Positions 30,050 to 39,890 of a stretch of DNA of 64,000 bases are shown piece after piece. Each line of letters begins with the position of its first letter. Within the stretch, counting starts at the first letter, position 1. Source of the stretch: an uncultured virus (IMG/VR IMGVR_UViG_3300032050_009172). Its lineage: Duplodnaviria; Heunggongvirae; Uroviricota; Caudoviricetes. Position numbers and translations under genes: made by a program. The notes under the pieces are model-generated. The model saw nothing but the letters and a program-made list of their open reading frames with translations, was not told where the DNA came from and searched no databases. The DNA is taken from the IMG/VR virus record IMGVR_UViG_3300032050_009172, one strand, 5' to 3'.

Positions 30050-30708
30050 AAACTTGTTTGATCATGGGCGGCGGATCAAAATTTGGCGCCAAATTGACTG
30101 AACAACTTGTGGCACACGACTATCATGTGTATCTTGTGACCAGCAATGCTAACGCTTGGGTCCACACCCCCAACGTGACTGTGATACCAGTTGAATGGAA
30201 AAAAATGCAATTGGCAAACATTCGACAATGCATTCCAAATTTACAGCATATTGACTTGGTATTTTTCAATCACAATGCATCAGCGTTGAGCGAATCAAAA
30301 TTTAAAAAATCTACTGTGCAAAATCCTAGAGATTGGCAACAGAGTTATTTTGTATCTTGTCAATTTCCATTTTATCTTGTGCATGCGTTGGGCAATCGGA
30401 TTGATCATAGTACCAAAATTGGTTGGATGTTGAGTGAGTTAATTGTGCAACCAAAACTCAATCATGTTGGTTACGCAGATTACATTGGCAACAAGTTTAC
30501 CAATGCTTGTATCATGAAGTCGTTTGCAATGAACTTTCCTGCTTGTTTTTTTGGTGTGCATCCTGACGGTGGGTTATCAAATCAACTTGACAACAAAGCC
30601 CGAGATATAGTACACTTGATTAACACAAAATCAACCACAGAACTAAACGGAAATATTTTTTCCACACAAGGCGAAATACTCAGACTCTATGAAAAAATAC
30701 AACCCTAA
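30046..30708 (+). CDS. atypical short-chain dehydrogenase-like protein
   Basis: LIMGGGSKFG Rossmann start; YxxxK (YIGNK). Confidence 0.65.
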   Translation: MKTCLIMGGGSKFGAKLTEQLVAHDYHVYLVTSNANAWVHTPNVTVIPVEWKKMQLANIRQCIPNLQHIDLVFFNHNASALSESKFKKSTVQNPRDWQQSYFVSCQFPFYLVHALGNRIDHSTKIGWMLSELIVQPKLNHVGYADYIGNKFTNACIMKSFAMNFPACFFGVHPDGGLSNQLDNKARDIVHLINTKSTTELNGNIFSTQGEILRLYEKIQP

Positions 30709-31285
30709 ACAATTGATCCTAGTTGACGCAGATGGCGTGCTCCTTAACTGGGAGTATGCATTTGCCATCTGGATGGAACAGCACGGGCACGAACAACAGG
30801 CCGGCGGCGAATTTGTGTACGATATTGGTGACCGCTATGGCATCTCAAAAGACCAAGGCCGCAAGCTGATCAAACTGTTTAACGAGTCAGCTGCCATTGG
30901 GTTCTTGCCACCCTTGAGAGATGCCATGTACTATGTGAAACGCCTGCATGAAGAACATGGCTATCGATTTCACTGCATCACAAGTCTAAGCTCAGATGTA
31001 AATGCACAGCGACTGAGAGAAATGAATCTTGCCAAACTGTTTGGAAAAACAGCGTTTGAACAGATTGTTTGTTTGGAAACTGGTGCAGATAAGAATGAAG
31101 CACTGGAGCCCTACAGAGATTCCGGCTGTTGGTGGATAGAAGACAAACCGGAAAATGCTGAAGTTGGACACAAATTAGGGTTACGTAGCATCCTGGTGGA
31201 GCACGGGCATAATATGAATCATGTCAACGAACAAATTCCGGTCGTCAAAAATTGGCGGGAAATTTACGCGATAATCACCTCCTAA
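30689..31285 (+). CDS. HAD-superfamily 5'(3')-nucleotidase-like protein
   Basis: LVDADGVLLNW, ITS, K, WIEDK. Confidence 0.8.
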   Translation: MKKYNPKQLILVDADGVLLNWEYAFAIWMEQHGHEQQAGGEFVYDIGDRYGISKDQGRKLIKLFNESAAIGFLPPLRDAMYYVKRLHEEHGYRFHCITSLSSDVNAQRLREMNLAKLFGKTAFEQIVCLETGADKNEALEPYRDSGCWWIEDKPENAEVGHKLGLRSILVEHGHNMNHVNEQIPVVKNWREIYAIITS

Positions 31286-32052
31286 TCTGCGTACAACTTC
31301 AACACTGACCCAATTATCCGGTGACGTTGAACGTCCCGTGTTTCCATCTTACACACAGCAATACCATTCACATCACGATTCTGCAAGCGATTGCACAGAT
31401 CCAATAGTCCATTATTGACAGTGCTACGATCAGCTTGCTCCACATCACCTGTGATCACAATCTTGCTGTTTTGCCCTATTCTAGTCATCAGCATTTTGGC
31501 CTGTGCGGGAGTTGCATTTTGCATTTCGTCCGCGATTATATAACTGTTTTTAAAGGTTCGACCTCGCATGAATGCCAGTGGCGAGATTTCGATAGTACCT
31601 TCTTCTATCATGGCCGTAATGTCTGCTGGGCGGTAAAATTCCCGCATGACGTCAAACAAAGGTCTTGTCCATGGCTCCATTTTCTTTTCAAGAGTGCCAG
31701 GTAAGAATCCTATTTTTTCACCTTCTACCTCAACGGCAGGTCGTGTTAGTACTATGCGATCGCATACTCCTTCTTTAAGTGCTTTTACTGCGGCCAACAT
31801 GGCTAGGTAAGTTTTACCTGTACCAGCTGGTCCAGCAGTGACAACAATATGTTGATCAGGATCCATGAGAGCCAACACAAGAGCTTCTTGATTTCGTGTT
31901 CGAGGGATCAATTCTACTCTGCGTTGGGCCGCTTTGGGTGCTTGTGAAAAGCTGATGGTGTTTTCTACCGCCTGATTCATACGTTTTGCTTGTGCTTTTG
32001 CTGCTCGATTTCTGCTCAAAGTTTCTATACTCCTTTTGTCCTTGATGGACAT
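31282..32052 (-). CDS. phoH: PhoH-like ATPase
   Basis: GPAGTGKT, TRPAV, GFLPG, PLAFMRGRTF, DEMQN, GD..QAD. Confidence 0.95.
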   Translation of the reverse strand: MSIKDKRSIETLSRNRAAKAQAKRMNQAVENTISFSQAPKAAQRRVELIPRTRNQEALVLALMDPDQHIVVTAGPAGTGKTYLAMLAAVKALKEGVCDRIVLTRPAVEVEGEKIGFLPGTLEKKMEPWTRPLFDVMREFYRPADITAMIEEGTIEISPLAFMRGRTFKNSYIIADEMQNATPAQAKMLMTRIGQNSKIVITGDVEQADRSTVNNGLLDLCNRLQNRDVNGIAVCKMETRDVQRHRIIGSVLKLYAD

Positions 32053-32137
32053 GGATATTTACGGCCAGCACAACTTCAAGATATGTGGACTGATCTGGAT
32101 GGATTCAATCACTAAATACTGACCAGGCGGAATTGCA

Positions 32138-33052
32138 TTGAAATACACATTTGAAAACAAAGTAGAATTCTACATCACCAACGTATGCAATTTGACATGT
32201 GAAAATTGCAATCGTTTTAACAATCATCGATTCACTGGTTGGCAACGCTGGAGTGACTATGCTGACACCTATCGACGCTGGGGCGAATATATTGAATTAA
32301 AAAACATTGTGATCCTGGGTGGCGAACCCACCCTAAACCCCACACTGTCAGAATGGGTTGTGGGATTAAATGATATTTTTAAATGCAACATACAGATTCT
32401 TTCAAATGGATTGCAGTTAAAATCCAATCCTGATTTGTACAATGCTCTTGCCAATATAAAAGCCGACAACGGCCTGGCCTGCGGCAATATTGAAATAAGC
32501 CTGCACAACTTGGACCATTTTGATCAAATACGAAGCAATATAAAAAGTTTTTTACAGCCAATCAATGAAGAATATGGCACAGCAATTGATGTGGTTGACA
32601 AATACAACTCAGACAATCATGCTTTCTATTCAGCACGAGATGTGAACAATGTGCTGGTCAGAATGCATTTGGCCAACAGTTTTCACGATGCAGCAGTGTA
32701 CAGAAACAATCAAGGACAATTTGCACTGCATGATTCAGACCCTTTTTTTGCACATCAAGCCTGCGGGTTTGCTCAGTACAAATGCTATCATTTCATTCGT
32801 GGCCAACTGTACAAATGCGGGCCAGTGGCCCTGATGCCTGAATTTGACCAACAGCACAATCTAGCAATCAGCGACCAAGATCGACTGTTATTAAACAGCT
32901 ATCAACCGCTGACAGTGAATGACTGGCCAGGTCCTGCTGTGGACTGGCTGGCACGATTAGATGACCCTATTGCACAGTGCAAATTTTGCCCTACTATTAC
33001 CAAACAAAACATCACAATTTACCCCACGGTCAAAGGCCGCAATGCATCATAA
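32138..33052 (+). CDS. radical SAM protein
   Basis: YITNVCNLTCENC, LGGEP, SNG, C-terminal CKFC. Confidence 0.85.
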   Translation: MKYTFENKVEFYITNVCNLTCENCNRFNNHRFTGWQRWSDYADTYRRWGEYIELKNIVILGGEPTLNPTLSEWVVGLNDIFKCNIQILSNGLQLKSNPDLYNALANIKADNGLACGNIEISLHNLDHFDQIRSNIKSFLQPINEEYGTAIDVVDKYNSDNHAFYSARDVNNVLVRMHLANSFHDAAVYRNNQGQFALHDSDPFFAHQACGFAQYKCYHFIRGQLYKCGPVALMPEFDQQHNLAISDQDRLLLNSYQPLTVNDWPGPAVDWLARLDDPIAQCKFCPTITKQNITIYPTVKGRNAS

Positions 33053-33094
33053 AACCAAAAACCACAACACAGTGTTTTTGCCATAAATAATCAC

Positions 33095-33691
33095 ATGCAA
33101 ACCAAGAACGCACACGGCATCAACGACAAAGAACTGTTCAAAAATCACGAAGATTATTGGCAGGTAGCCGACAATATTCGCAACATCTACATGAGCGACG
33201 GCAGTCTTACCACGCTGTTGGACTTTGAGCGTGTGCTGGACGAATTAGATATCTATGCATTTCGCAACTGGGCCATTGGCGAACTGGTACAAGGCCCGGA
33301 TATTGGCAAGTACACAGTGGGCTGTATTTTCATGTGGCCTGAAAAGCTCATGCCCGACCCACGTGGTGGTCGACGCTTGTTGCCATTTGACTGCGAAATA
33401 AAGTACAAAAAGCAAAAGATCAAGATTCCCATCAAAATTACAGACCCATCAGACTACCGCCCGGGTACCAAAAAAGCCAAGATCATGGAACGTGATGTAT
33501 GGCTGGTAGAAATAGTCATGCCCAAGGCCTTAATGAGTGAAATACGTACAGGTTCCATTGAAATGGAAGACGAGGACATTGACCTCGGAGATTTAGATGA
33601 TGCCTACGAGCAGGATCTAGATCAAGAAGCCAATCAAAGTGATTCACAAGCAAATGATGCACAACAACAACTCTCACAACCCTCTGCTTGA
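33095..33691 (+). CDS. hypothetical protein, acidic tail
   Basis: TAAATA 5 nt upstream; MPDPRGG. Confidence 0.7.
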   Translation: MQTKNAHGINDKELFKNHEDYWQVADNIRNIYMSDGSLTTLLDFERVLDELDIYAFRNWAIGELVQGPDIGKYTVGCIFMWPEKLMPDPRGGRRLLPFDCEIKYKKQKIKIPIKITDPSDYRPGTKKAKIMERDVWLVEIVMPKALMSEIRTGSIEMEDEDIDLGDLDDAYEQDLDQEANQSDSQANDAQQQLSQPSA

Positions 33692-34211
33692 AGGTCTACA
33701 GTATCGTGACCTCGACGGCATAATGAAGCCCACTATTCACGTGGATGAATTCAGCTCAAAAATGGGCGACGACGAAGACATCATTGTGCTGAGCTTTTTT
33801 GTGCGTGACAAAGCCGCTGCCAAGGATCTTGTGGCGTGGTTTGAAAAAGGCTATGATTTTGTGCTGGACGCTGACCGTTCACCCGGCGAAATCAAACCCA
33901 ACAGATACTTGGTTTATCTGGAAATACGCAGACGCAGTTCAGCCCCACAGCATGTGCAAACACTGCTGGATGATCTTTCCACGCTCACAGAGTATGAACC
34001 CGACGACTGGATGGTACACTACAACAATGGCAAATTTTCCTGGGACGAACAGGTGTTTGCTGACACTGTGCCACTCACGCCAGACGCTTATAGAAAAAGC
34101 ACAGATCAGGATCTAAATGAATGGCGAGCAGCCGCTGGCCTGCCTGAAAAACAAATTCACGCAGTCAAGCGTGATCTGCGCGAACTTCAAGCCGCTGCTG
34201 GTTTGCTGTAA
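33654..34211 (+). CDS. hypothetical protein
   Basis: IHVDEFSSKMG.D, FEKGY.FVLDAD.SPGE. Confidence 0.7.
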   Translation: MMHNNNSHNPLLEGLQYRDLDGIMKPTIHVDEFSSKMGDDEDIIVLSFFVRDKAAAKDLVAWFEKGYDFVLDADRSPGEIKPNRYLVYLEIRRRSSAPQHVQTLLDDLSTLTEYEPDDWMVHYNNGKFSWDEQVFADTVPLTPDAYRKSTDQDLNEWRAAAGLPEKQIHAVKRDLRELQAAAGLL

Positions 34212-34284
34212 ACAAAATAAAGACGCCCCAATTCAGCGGGCTCTTTTTTGAACGTTTCCAATCGCAAATTGTAGCGTTCAGCAA

Positions 34285-35217
34285 ATGCATTTACTATTTC
34301 AAATGTCCACAAAAAAGATTGTGATTCGTACAGCTGATGTGCCGCCTTTTCTGTCAGTGTTTTCATACATAAAATTACGCACCAACATTGAACGACTGTT
34401 TCGACGCCTGCCCCAACCAGCAAATCAAGTGCATGAGTGTGAGTTGAATTATCCTGTTGGCGCACTGCAACAGGCAGCTGAACAGGCTCTTGCACTGTAT
34501 GGCAGCTACGGCTGGTTGAGCAGGCAAGGACGATCACGCAGTTCATATCAGTCACTGAGTTTGACACACAATCCCCACATACGTGATCCTGCTGTGACAG
34601 AATTCAATTCCACCCTGGGTTCAAGTTTTATTAACAATCAATCATTTTTTTATGGCAACGTGCGCACTTGGTTGGCCTTGCGTGGTCGTTTAAAAAATTC
34701 ATACTATGACAGCTATGCATTCAATCAGCCCAACACAGTGGCACGTGAACAATTTGGTGATTTGTTGAGTCATTTTCCAAGAACTCTAATAAGATCGCGA
34801 CTGAGTGTGATTCGTGCTCATGCACAAGACAGTACAAATCCTGAATATCTACTGCACAAAGACGAGCCTGTGTATGAAAATGTCAGAATAAACATACCTT
34901 TAACTCAATCGCCTGATCATTATTTGCAGTACCGCGGTGAGGATATCAATTTACAATTGGGCCGGGCCTACACCTGGGACACCAATCAGTCCCATCGAGT
35001 GCATGGTGTGGATAGCGCAGACAGAACCAATCTAGTGCTGGGATTTAGCCCTTGGTTTGATTATGACGCAGAACACGAGGCCTGGGTCAGCAATGAATAC
35101 TACGGTGAATGCCACCCCATTGAAATGGTGCAAAATGGTTGGGTTGCAGATATTTTAAAGGTCAAAGTTTCATCATTAAATAATTCAAAGGACACACTAT
35201 GCCACAACGTATCTTAA
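34285..35217 (+). CDS. 2OG-Fe(II) oxygenase, Asp/Asn beta-hydroxylase-like
   Basis: HKD, RINIPL, WDT...H.V, RTNLV. Confidence 0.7.
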   Translation: MHLLFQMSTKKIVIRTADVPPFLSVFSYIKLRTNIERLFRRLPQPANQVHECELNYPVGALQQAAEQALALYGSYGWLSRQGRSRSSYQSLSLTHNPHIRDPAVTEFNSTLGSSFINNQSFFYGNVRTWLALRGRLKNSYYDSYAFNQPNTVAREQFGDLLSHFPRTLIRSRLSVIRAHAQDSTNPEYLLHKDEPVYENVRINIPLTQSPDHYLQYRGEDINLQLGRAYTWDTNQSHRVHGVDSADRTNLVLGFSPWFDYDAEHEAWVSNEYYGECHPIEMVQNGWVADILKVKVSSLNNSKDTLCHNVS

Positions 35218-35993
35218 TCATGGGCCTGCCAGGCTCGGGTAAAACCACACTGGCACGGGAATTGCAAGCACAGCTAGAAGCAGCTGGCAAGCAAGTGGGT
35301 TGGCTGAACGCAGACGAAATCCGCGAACAGTACAATGACTGGGACTTTTCAGAAGCCGGGCGTATTCGTCAAGCACGAAGAATGCGTGAACTAGCAGACA
35401 AGCTCACAGCATATGACTACATGATAGCAGACTTTGTGGCACCCTTGGTGGAAATGCGCAATGTGTTCAAAGCAGATTGGACTGTATGGGTAGACACCAT
35501 CCGTGAAGGTCGATATGCTGATACCAATGCCATGTTTGTGGAACCCGAAGTGTACGACTTTCGCATAAATGAACAGAACTGTGAGAAATGGGCGGACTTC
35601 ATTAAAGAGCACATTATCGACAATCGTCGACGTCCTGTGTTTGATTTCAAACGAGAAACTGTGCAAATGCTGGGTCGCTGGCAGCCCTGGCATGACGGCC
35701 ATCGTGCGTTATTTGAACGCCTGCTAGAACGCACAGGGCAGGTTGTTATTCAAGTGCGTGATGTACAGGGCTGGCAGGGTTCTAATCCGTTTGAAGTGGA
35801 ACGAGTGAAATCATTTATTCGACGTGACTTAGATCCTCTGTATCAAGGCCAGTATGAAATACAAGTTGTGCCCAACATTGTGCATATTGGCTGGGGTCGC
35901 GGCGTGGGCTATTCAGCCGGCGAAGAGTCATTTGACGAAGCAATCACAGATATTTCAGCCACAAAAATTCGCAAAGAATTAGGATTAAAGTGA
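35199..35993 (+). CDS. adenylylsulfate-kinase-like domain fused to HxGH nucleotidyltransferase
   Basis: GLPGSGKTT, NADEIR, DFS..GR; then GRWQPWHDGH ... ISATKIR. Confidence 0.8.
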   Translation: MPQRILIMGLPGSGKTTLARELQAQLEAAGKQVGWLNADEIREQYNDWDFSEAGRIRQARRMRELADKLTAYDYMIADFVAPLVEMRNVFKADWTVWVDTIREGRYADTNAMFVEPEVYDFRINEQNCEKWADFIKEHIIDNRRRPVFDFKRETVQMLGRWQPWHDGHRALFERLLERTGQVVIQVRDVQGWQGSNPFEVERVKSFIRRDLDPLYQGQYEIQVVPNIVHIGWGRGVGYSAGEESFDEAITDISATKIRKELGLK

Positions 35994-36193
35994 CCGACAG
36001 CAATGGTCGTAGTCTAGTAAAAACTCTGACCTGGCGCATTACTGGCAGCGCCAGCACATTTACCATTGCGTATTTAATTACTGGTAGTTTTGGAATTAGC
36101 TCGGTCATTGCATTTGTGCAAATGGGTGTGAATACTGTGCTGTATTGGTTGCATGAACGGGCCTGGGCTCGGGTATCCTGGGGGCGCAACTAA
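35990..36193 (+). CDS. DUF2061-like small membrane protein
   Basis: RSLVKTLTWR ... LYWLHERAW..V.WG. Confidence 0.8.
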   Translation: MTDSNGRSLVKTLTWRITGSASTFTIAYLITGSFGISSVIAFVQMGVNTVLYWLHERAWARVSWGRN

Positions 36194-36201
36194 ATAATGG
36201 C

Positions 36202-36672
36202 ATGTGGATTTTACATTTTCTTCCTGATGCCTTGATCTTATGGTTTTGTAACATCCTGTTATTAGCGGGCCTTGTGCTTACTGTAGCAGGATTTTTTGCG
36301 CATCGTATTCCTCTAGTGTGGCAATATCAGTTGCCCTTTAAAGTCCTGGGCATTGCACTTTTGGTGCTAGGAGTTTACTTTCGCGGCGGATACGCAGTGG
36401 AAGCAGAATGGCGCGAGCGTGTGGCTGAAGTGGAACAAAAACTAAAGATTGCTGAAGCTGAAAGCGCACGGGAAAATGTAAAGATTGTGGAACGAGTTGT
36501 GAAGAAAACTGAATACATCACTCGTAGAGGTCAAGACATCATACAGTATATTGACAGAGAAATAGTCAAGTACGATGTAAAATTTGCACCTGGTGGACAG
36601 TGTGAAATTCCTCGAGAATTCATTACCACTATAAATCGTGCAGCGGAGGCACCAAAAAATGAAACTAAATGA
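36202..36672 (+). CDS. probable i-spanin (Rz-like)
   Basis: N-terminal TM helices, coiled coil, C-terminal C.IP; TAAATA 5 nt upstream. Confidence 0.6.
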   Translation: MWILHFLPDALILWFCNILLLAGLVLTVAGFFAHRIPLVWQYQLPFKVLGIALLVLGVYFRGGYAVEAEWRERVAEVEQKLKIAEAESARENVKIVERVVKKTEYITRRGQDIIQYIDREIVKYDVKFAPGGQCEIPREFITTINRAAEAPKNETK

Positions 36673-38050
36673 CGTAATACTAGAAGCAGCGTCGCCTGCT
36701 CAACAGGCAGCCATTGCTATTGCTAAAAAGAAAAAGGCCGGCATGGTCAAAGAACAACAGCTTGATGAATTTGCGCCGTTGTTGGCAGCAGGTGCAAGAC
36801 TGTTCATGGCTGCTGCCCCAAAAATAGCACAGGTTCTTGGCCAAGCAGGACAAGCAGGAGCTCGCGGTGCAGGTCAGGCTGCTCGAGCTGGCACAGAAAT
36901 TGCAGCCAAGAATGCTGGAAAAATTGGCATGGGTGCTGGTGCTTACGAAATTGGATCTTCTGTGGCAGACATTGCCAAAGATATTGCTGCCAAGGTGGGC
37001 ACGGCCATTGACGAGAAAACATTGCTTGACCTGTCTGCTTTGGCTTTTAAATATGCCATCCCTGCTGGCATTGTGTTGGCTGTGTTGTATGGCGGCAAAA
37101 AAGCCATAGACTCCTTGTTTGACGAGCCCAAAGATCAGCAAGGTGTGGCGGAAGGCAAAGCTGATTACAACTTTGATATTGAGGATCTAAAACGTCTTGA
37201 ACAAATCAGAGACTTGTCCACGTTGAAAGCACAGGCACTGGCATTGATCAGCAAGCCCAGTGCCAAGCCAATGAAACCAGAAAAAGTTGAATGGTTTAAA
37301 AATGCCCTGGAAAGAATGAACAGCCCTTTAAAAGTAATCAAACTCATGTATGATTTGTTGCTGAGTGGCGAAGGTAATGCTGTAGTTGGTTCTAGATCGT
37401 CAATGAATCCCAACAGTTATCGTCAGCGATTTAGTGAGCAAGGTGTAGCGGAAGACTACAATGGCGAGTATGACGACGAAGCAGGCATGGCCGACAACAA
37501 CTTAGAAACGCTACAACGTGCTGTAGAAGGTATTGACGATCTAATTCAATCAGGTGATAACTTGCCTGAATGGTGTCAAGAAAAGATTGCTGTGGCCAAG
37601 TCAATGCTGGTTGCTGTGTGGGACTATATGTATTCAGAGGAAGCGTCAGACGAAGTGGATCCCGAAGTGGATGAAATGTTTGAAGCCATGCAAGAGTTGG
37701 TAGCAGAAATGGCTGTGAAAAATCGTGTGAGCGAAGATCTAGTGTGGGAACAGTTTGAAGCCATGCCGGACAATGTGCTGTATGAAACAGCCGCCTGGCG
37801 ACGTAAAGAAGGCAAGAGCAAAAAAGGCGGATTAAACGCCAAAGGTGTGGCATCATATCGTAGAGAAAATCCTGGATCAAAATTGCAAATGGCCGTGACC
37901 ACCAAGCCTTCAAAACTAAAGAAAGGCTCTAAGGCAGCAAAAAGACGCAAATCATTCTGCGCCAGAATGTCAGGCGTTAAAGGCCCAATGAAAAAACCCA
38001 ACGGCAAACCCACACGCAAGGCTCTAGCATTGAGAAAATGGAACTGCTGA
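36659..38050 (+). CDS. modular putative internal head polyprotein
   Basis: MKLNDVILE start; two QGVAE linkers; C-terminal AWRRKEGK..GGLN.KG...RRKSFCARM basic module. Confidence 0.75.
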   Translation: MKLNDVILEAASPAQQAAIAIAKKKKAGMVKEQQLDEFAPLLAAGARLFMAAAPKIAQVLGQAGQAGARGAGQAARAGTEIAAKNAGKIGMGAGAYEIGSSVADIAKDIAAKVGTAIDEKTLLDLSALAFKYAIPAGIVLAVLYGGKKAIDSLFDEPKDQQGVAEGKADYNFDIEDLKRLEQIRDLSTLKAQALALISKPSAKPMKPEKVEWFKNALERMNSPLKVIKLMYDLLLSGEGNAVVGSRSSMNPNSYRQRFSEQGVAEDYNGEYDDEAGMADNNLETLQRAVEGIDDLIQSGDNLPEWCQEKIAVAKSMLVAVWDYMYSEEASDEVDPEVDEMFEAMQELVAEMAVKNRVSEDLVWEQFEAMPDNVLYETAAWRRKEGKSKKGGLNAKGVASYRRENPGSKLQMAVTTKPSKLKKGSKAAKRRKSFCARMSGVKGPMKKPNGKPTRKALALRKWNC

Positions 38051-38051
38051 C

Positions 38052-38360
38052 ATGAAAAATCAACAGGATCAACAACTTGTTTCCAGTTTGATTATATTTG
38101 CAATTGTTGTGATGCTGATGTTGGCCATCACTGGGTGCAGCACTGTGGTGCCTGTTGTGGCCAAGTTTCCAGATGCACCCGGACGATCAGCCATGGTGCC
38201 GTGCCCACAACTGGAACAGATTCCAGGTGAAGCTCGACTCAGTGACGTTGGTCGAACTGTGGTACAAAACTACACCACTTACTATGCTTGTGCTGTGAAA
38301 GCAGATGCTTGGATTGAGTGGTACTCAGTACAGAAAAAAATATTTGAAGGTGCAAAATGA
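38052..38360 (+). CDS. probable o-spanin lipoprotein (Rz1-like)
   Basis: lipobox LAITGC, Pro-rich, C..L, NY..YY.C; directly upstream of endolysin. Confidence 0.65.
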   Translation: MKNQQDQQLVSSLIIFAIVVMLMLAITGCSTVVPVVAKFPDAPGRSAMVPCPQLEQIPGEARLSDVGRTVVQNYTTYYACAVKADAWIEWYSVQKKIFEGAK

Positions 38361-38971
38361 GCATACTATCCGTACAACAACTAAAACAAATGGTAAAGAA
38401 TCCCCACATTGATCACTGGCACGAAGCCCTAGATCAACTGTTAGATGACTACGGCATTGACACACCCCTACGTGTGGCACATTTTGTTGCACAATGCGCT
38501 CATGAGTCAGGAAATTTTATTTTCATCAAAGAAAATCTCAACTACAAAGCCGCAAGCCTACAAAAAGTTTTCCCCAAGTATTTCCCCACAGCTGAATTGG
38601 CTGCACAGTATGCCAACCGGCCTGAACGTATTGCCAACAGAGTCTATGCCAATAGAATGGGCAACGGCGACGAAGCATCAGGCGATGGCTGGCGCTATTG
38701 TGGTCGTGGGCTAATACAGTTGACAGGCAAGGACAACTACACATTCTTTGCAGGCAGCCTGAGTATTTCTGAAGCCGAAGCCGCAGAATATCTAGCCACT
38801 TTTGAAGGTGCCGCACAGTCAGCTTGTTGGTACTGGGAACAGAACAATCTAAATAGATTTGCAGATGCCAATGACGCAAAAGGTCTAACACGGGCCATCA
38901 ACGGTGGCTACATTGGTCTTGAGGATCGCATCAAACACACTGAACATGCACTGCATGTGTTGGGAGCCTAA
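38357..38971 (+). CDS. glycoside hydrolase family 19 endolysin
   Basis: AQCAHES, ENLNY, GRGLIQLTG.DNY, INGG..GL.DR. Confidence 0.92.
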   Translation: MSILSVQQLKQMVKNPHIDHWHEALDQLLDDYGIDTPLRVAHFVAQCAHESGNFIFIKENLNYKAASLQKVFPKYFPTAELAAQYANRPERIANRVYANRMGNGDEASGDGWRYCGRGLIQLTGKDNYTFFAGSLSISEAEAAEYLATFEGAAQSACWYWEQNNLNRFADANDAKGLTRAINGGYIGLEDRIKHTEHALHVLGA

Positions 38972-39133
38972 ATGCCATTAGCAATTGGTGGGGGCATATC
39001 CATTGGTGGGGGCATAAGTGTTGCAGTTGCACCGCCCACACCTTCGGCCACATCCATTACCACAGAGTCGGATGATCCCATCACAACAGAATTGGCAAAC
39101 TCGCCGCCCAGCGACGAGATTATTACAGAATAA
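38972..39133 (+). CDS. 53-aa protein (not in ORF track)
   Basis: MPLAIGGGISIGGGISV...ITTES.D.ITTE; fills the gap exactly. Confidence 0.7.
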   Translation: MPLAIGGGISIGGGISVAVAPPTPSATSITTESDDPITTELANSPPSDEIITE

Positions 39134-39142
39134 GGAAAGCAC

Positions 39143-39889
39143 ATGCCCATTAAAATATCACAACTAACTTCACTAGCCGCAATGACTGATGCAGCCATTG
39201 TGCCAGTGGTCAGCAGTGGAGTTACCTATCAAATTTCAGGCAGCAACTTGAAAACATATTTTTCTTCTGTGACCGGCAACATCACAGGCGGCAACTTGAA
39301 CACAGGCGGCTTGGTTACAGCCACAGGCAACGTGAACACAGCATCAGGCGTGTTGGCCACTGGCAATGTGCGTGGTGGCAACGTAACGTCTGTGGCCCTG
39401 GTACAAGGCGCCACAGTGAGTGCCACAGGTAATGTACAAGCTGGCAACCTCAACACCACAGGATTGATTTCTGCTACAGGAACCATCACATCTGGCGCTA
39501 ATATCATTGGTAGTTTCTTTGTGGGCAATGGATCACAGTTGACTGGAATTTCAGGTGGAGTGGCATCACTCAGCGGCAACTTGTCCGGCAACCTAGTAGG
39601 TAATGGATTTGGAGCAGATGCATTTAGTTTTGTCAGCGTTACTGGCAACGTAACAGCCGCAAACTTTATAGGTGGCGGCGCAGGCACACCCACACTGAGT
39701 TCAGCCACAAACTTGGATCTGTCAGCTGTGTCAGCAGTTAGAGTAGTTGGCGGTGGCACGTTCCGACTGCCTAGTTTAACCACAGCACAAATTGCCAACA
39801 CAATTGCAGCCAATGGTGACATGATTTACAACTCATCTACTAACAAGTTTCAGGGTTACGAAAATGGTGCCTGGGCCAATTTAATTTAA
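39143..39889 (+). CDS. virion structural/fibre protein
   Basis: IKISQL N-terminus, TGNVxGGN repeats, GDMIYNS..NKFQGY..GAW end. Confidence 0.75.
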   Translation: MPIKISQLTSLAAMTDAAIVPVVSSGVTYQISGSNLKTYFSSVTGNITGGNLNTGGLVTATGNVNTASGVLATGNVRGGNVTSVALVQGATVSATGNVQAGNLNTTGLISATGTITSGANIIGSFFVGNGSQLTGISGGVASLSGNLSGNLVGNGFGADAFSFVSVTGNVTAANFIGGGAGTPTLSSATNLDLSAVSAVRVVGGGTFRLPSLTTAQIANTIAANGDMIYNSSTNKFQGYENGAWANLI

Positions 39890-39890
39890 T

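Noticed and set aside
34221..34250. Possible terminator after 34211
   Set aside because: A T tract is present but the stem is short and imperfect.
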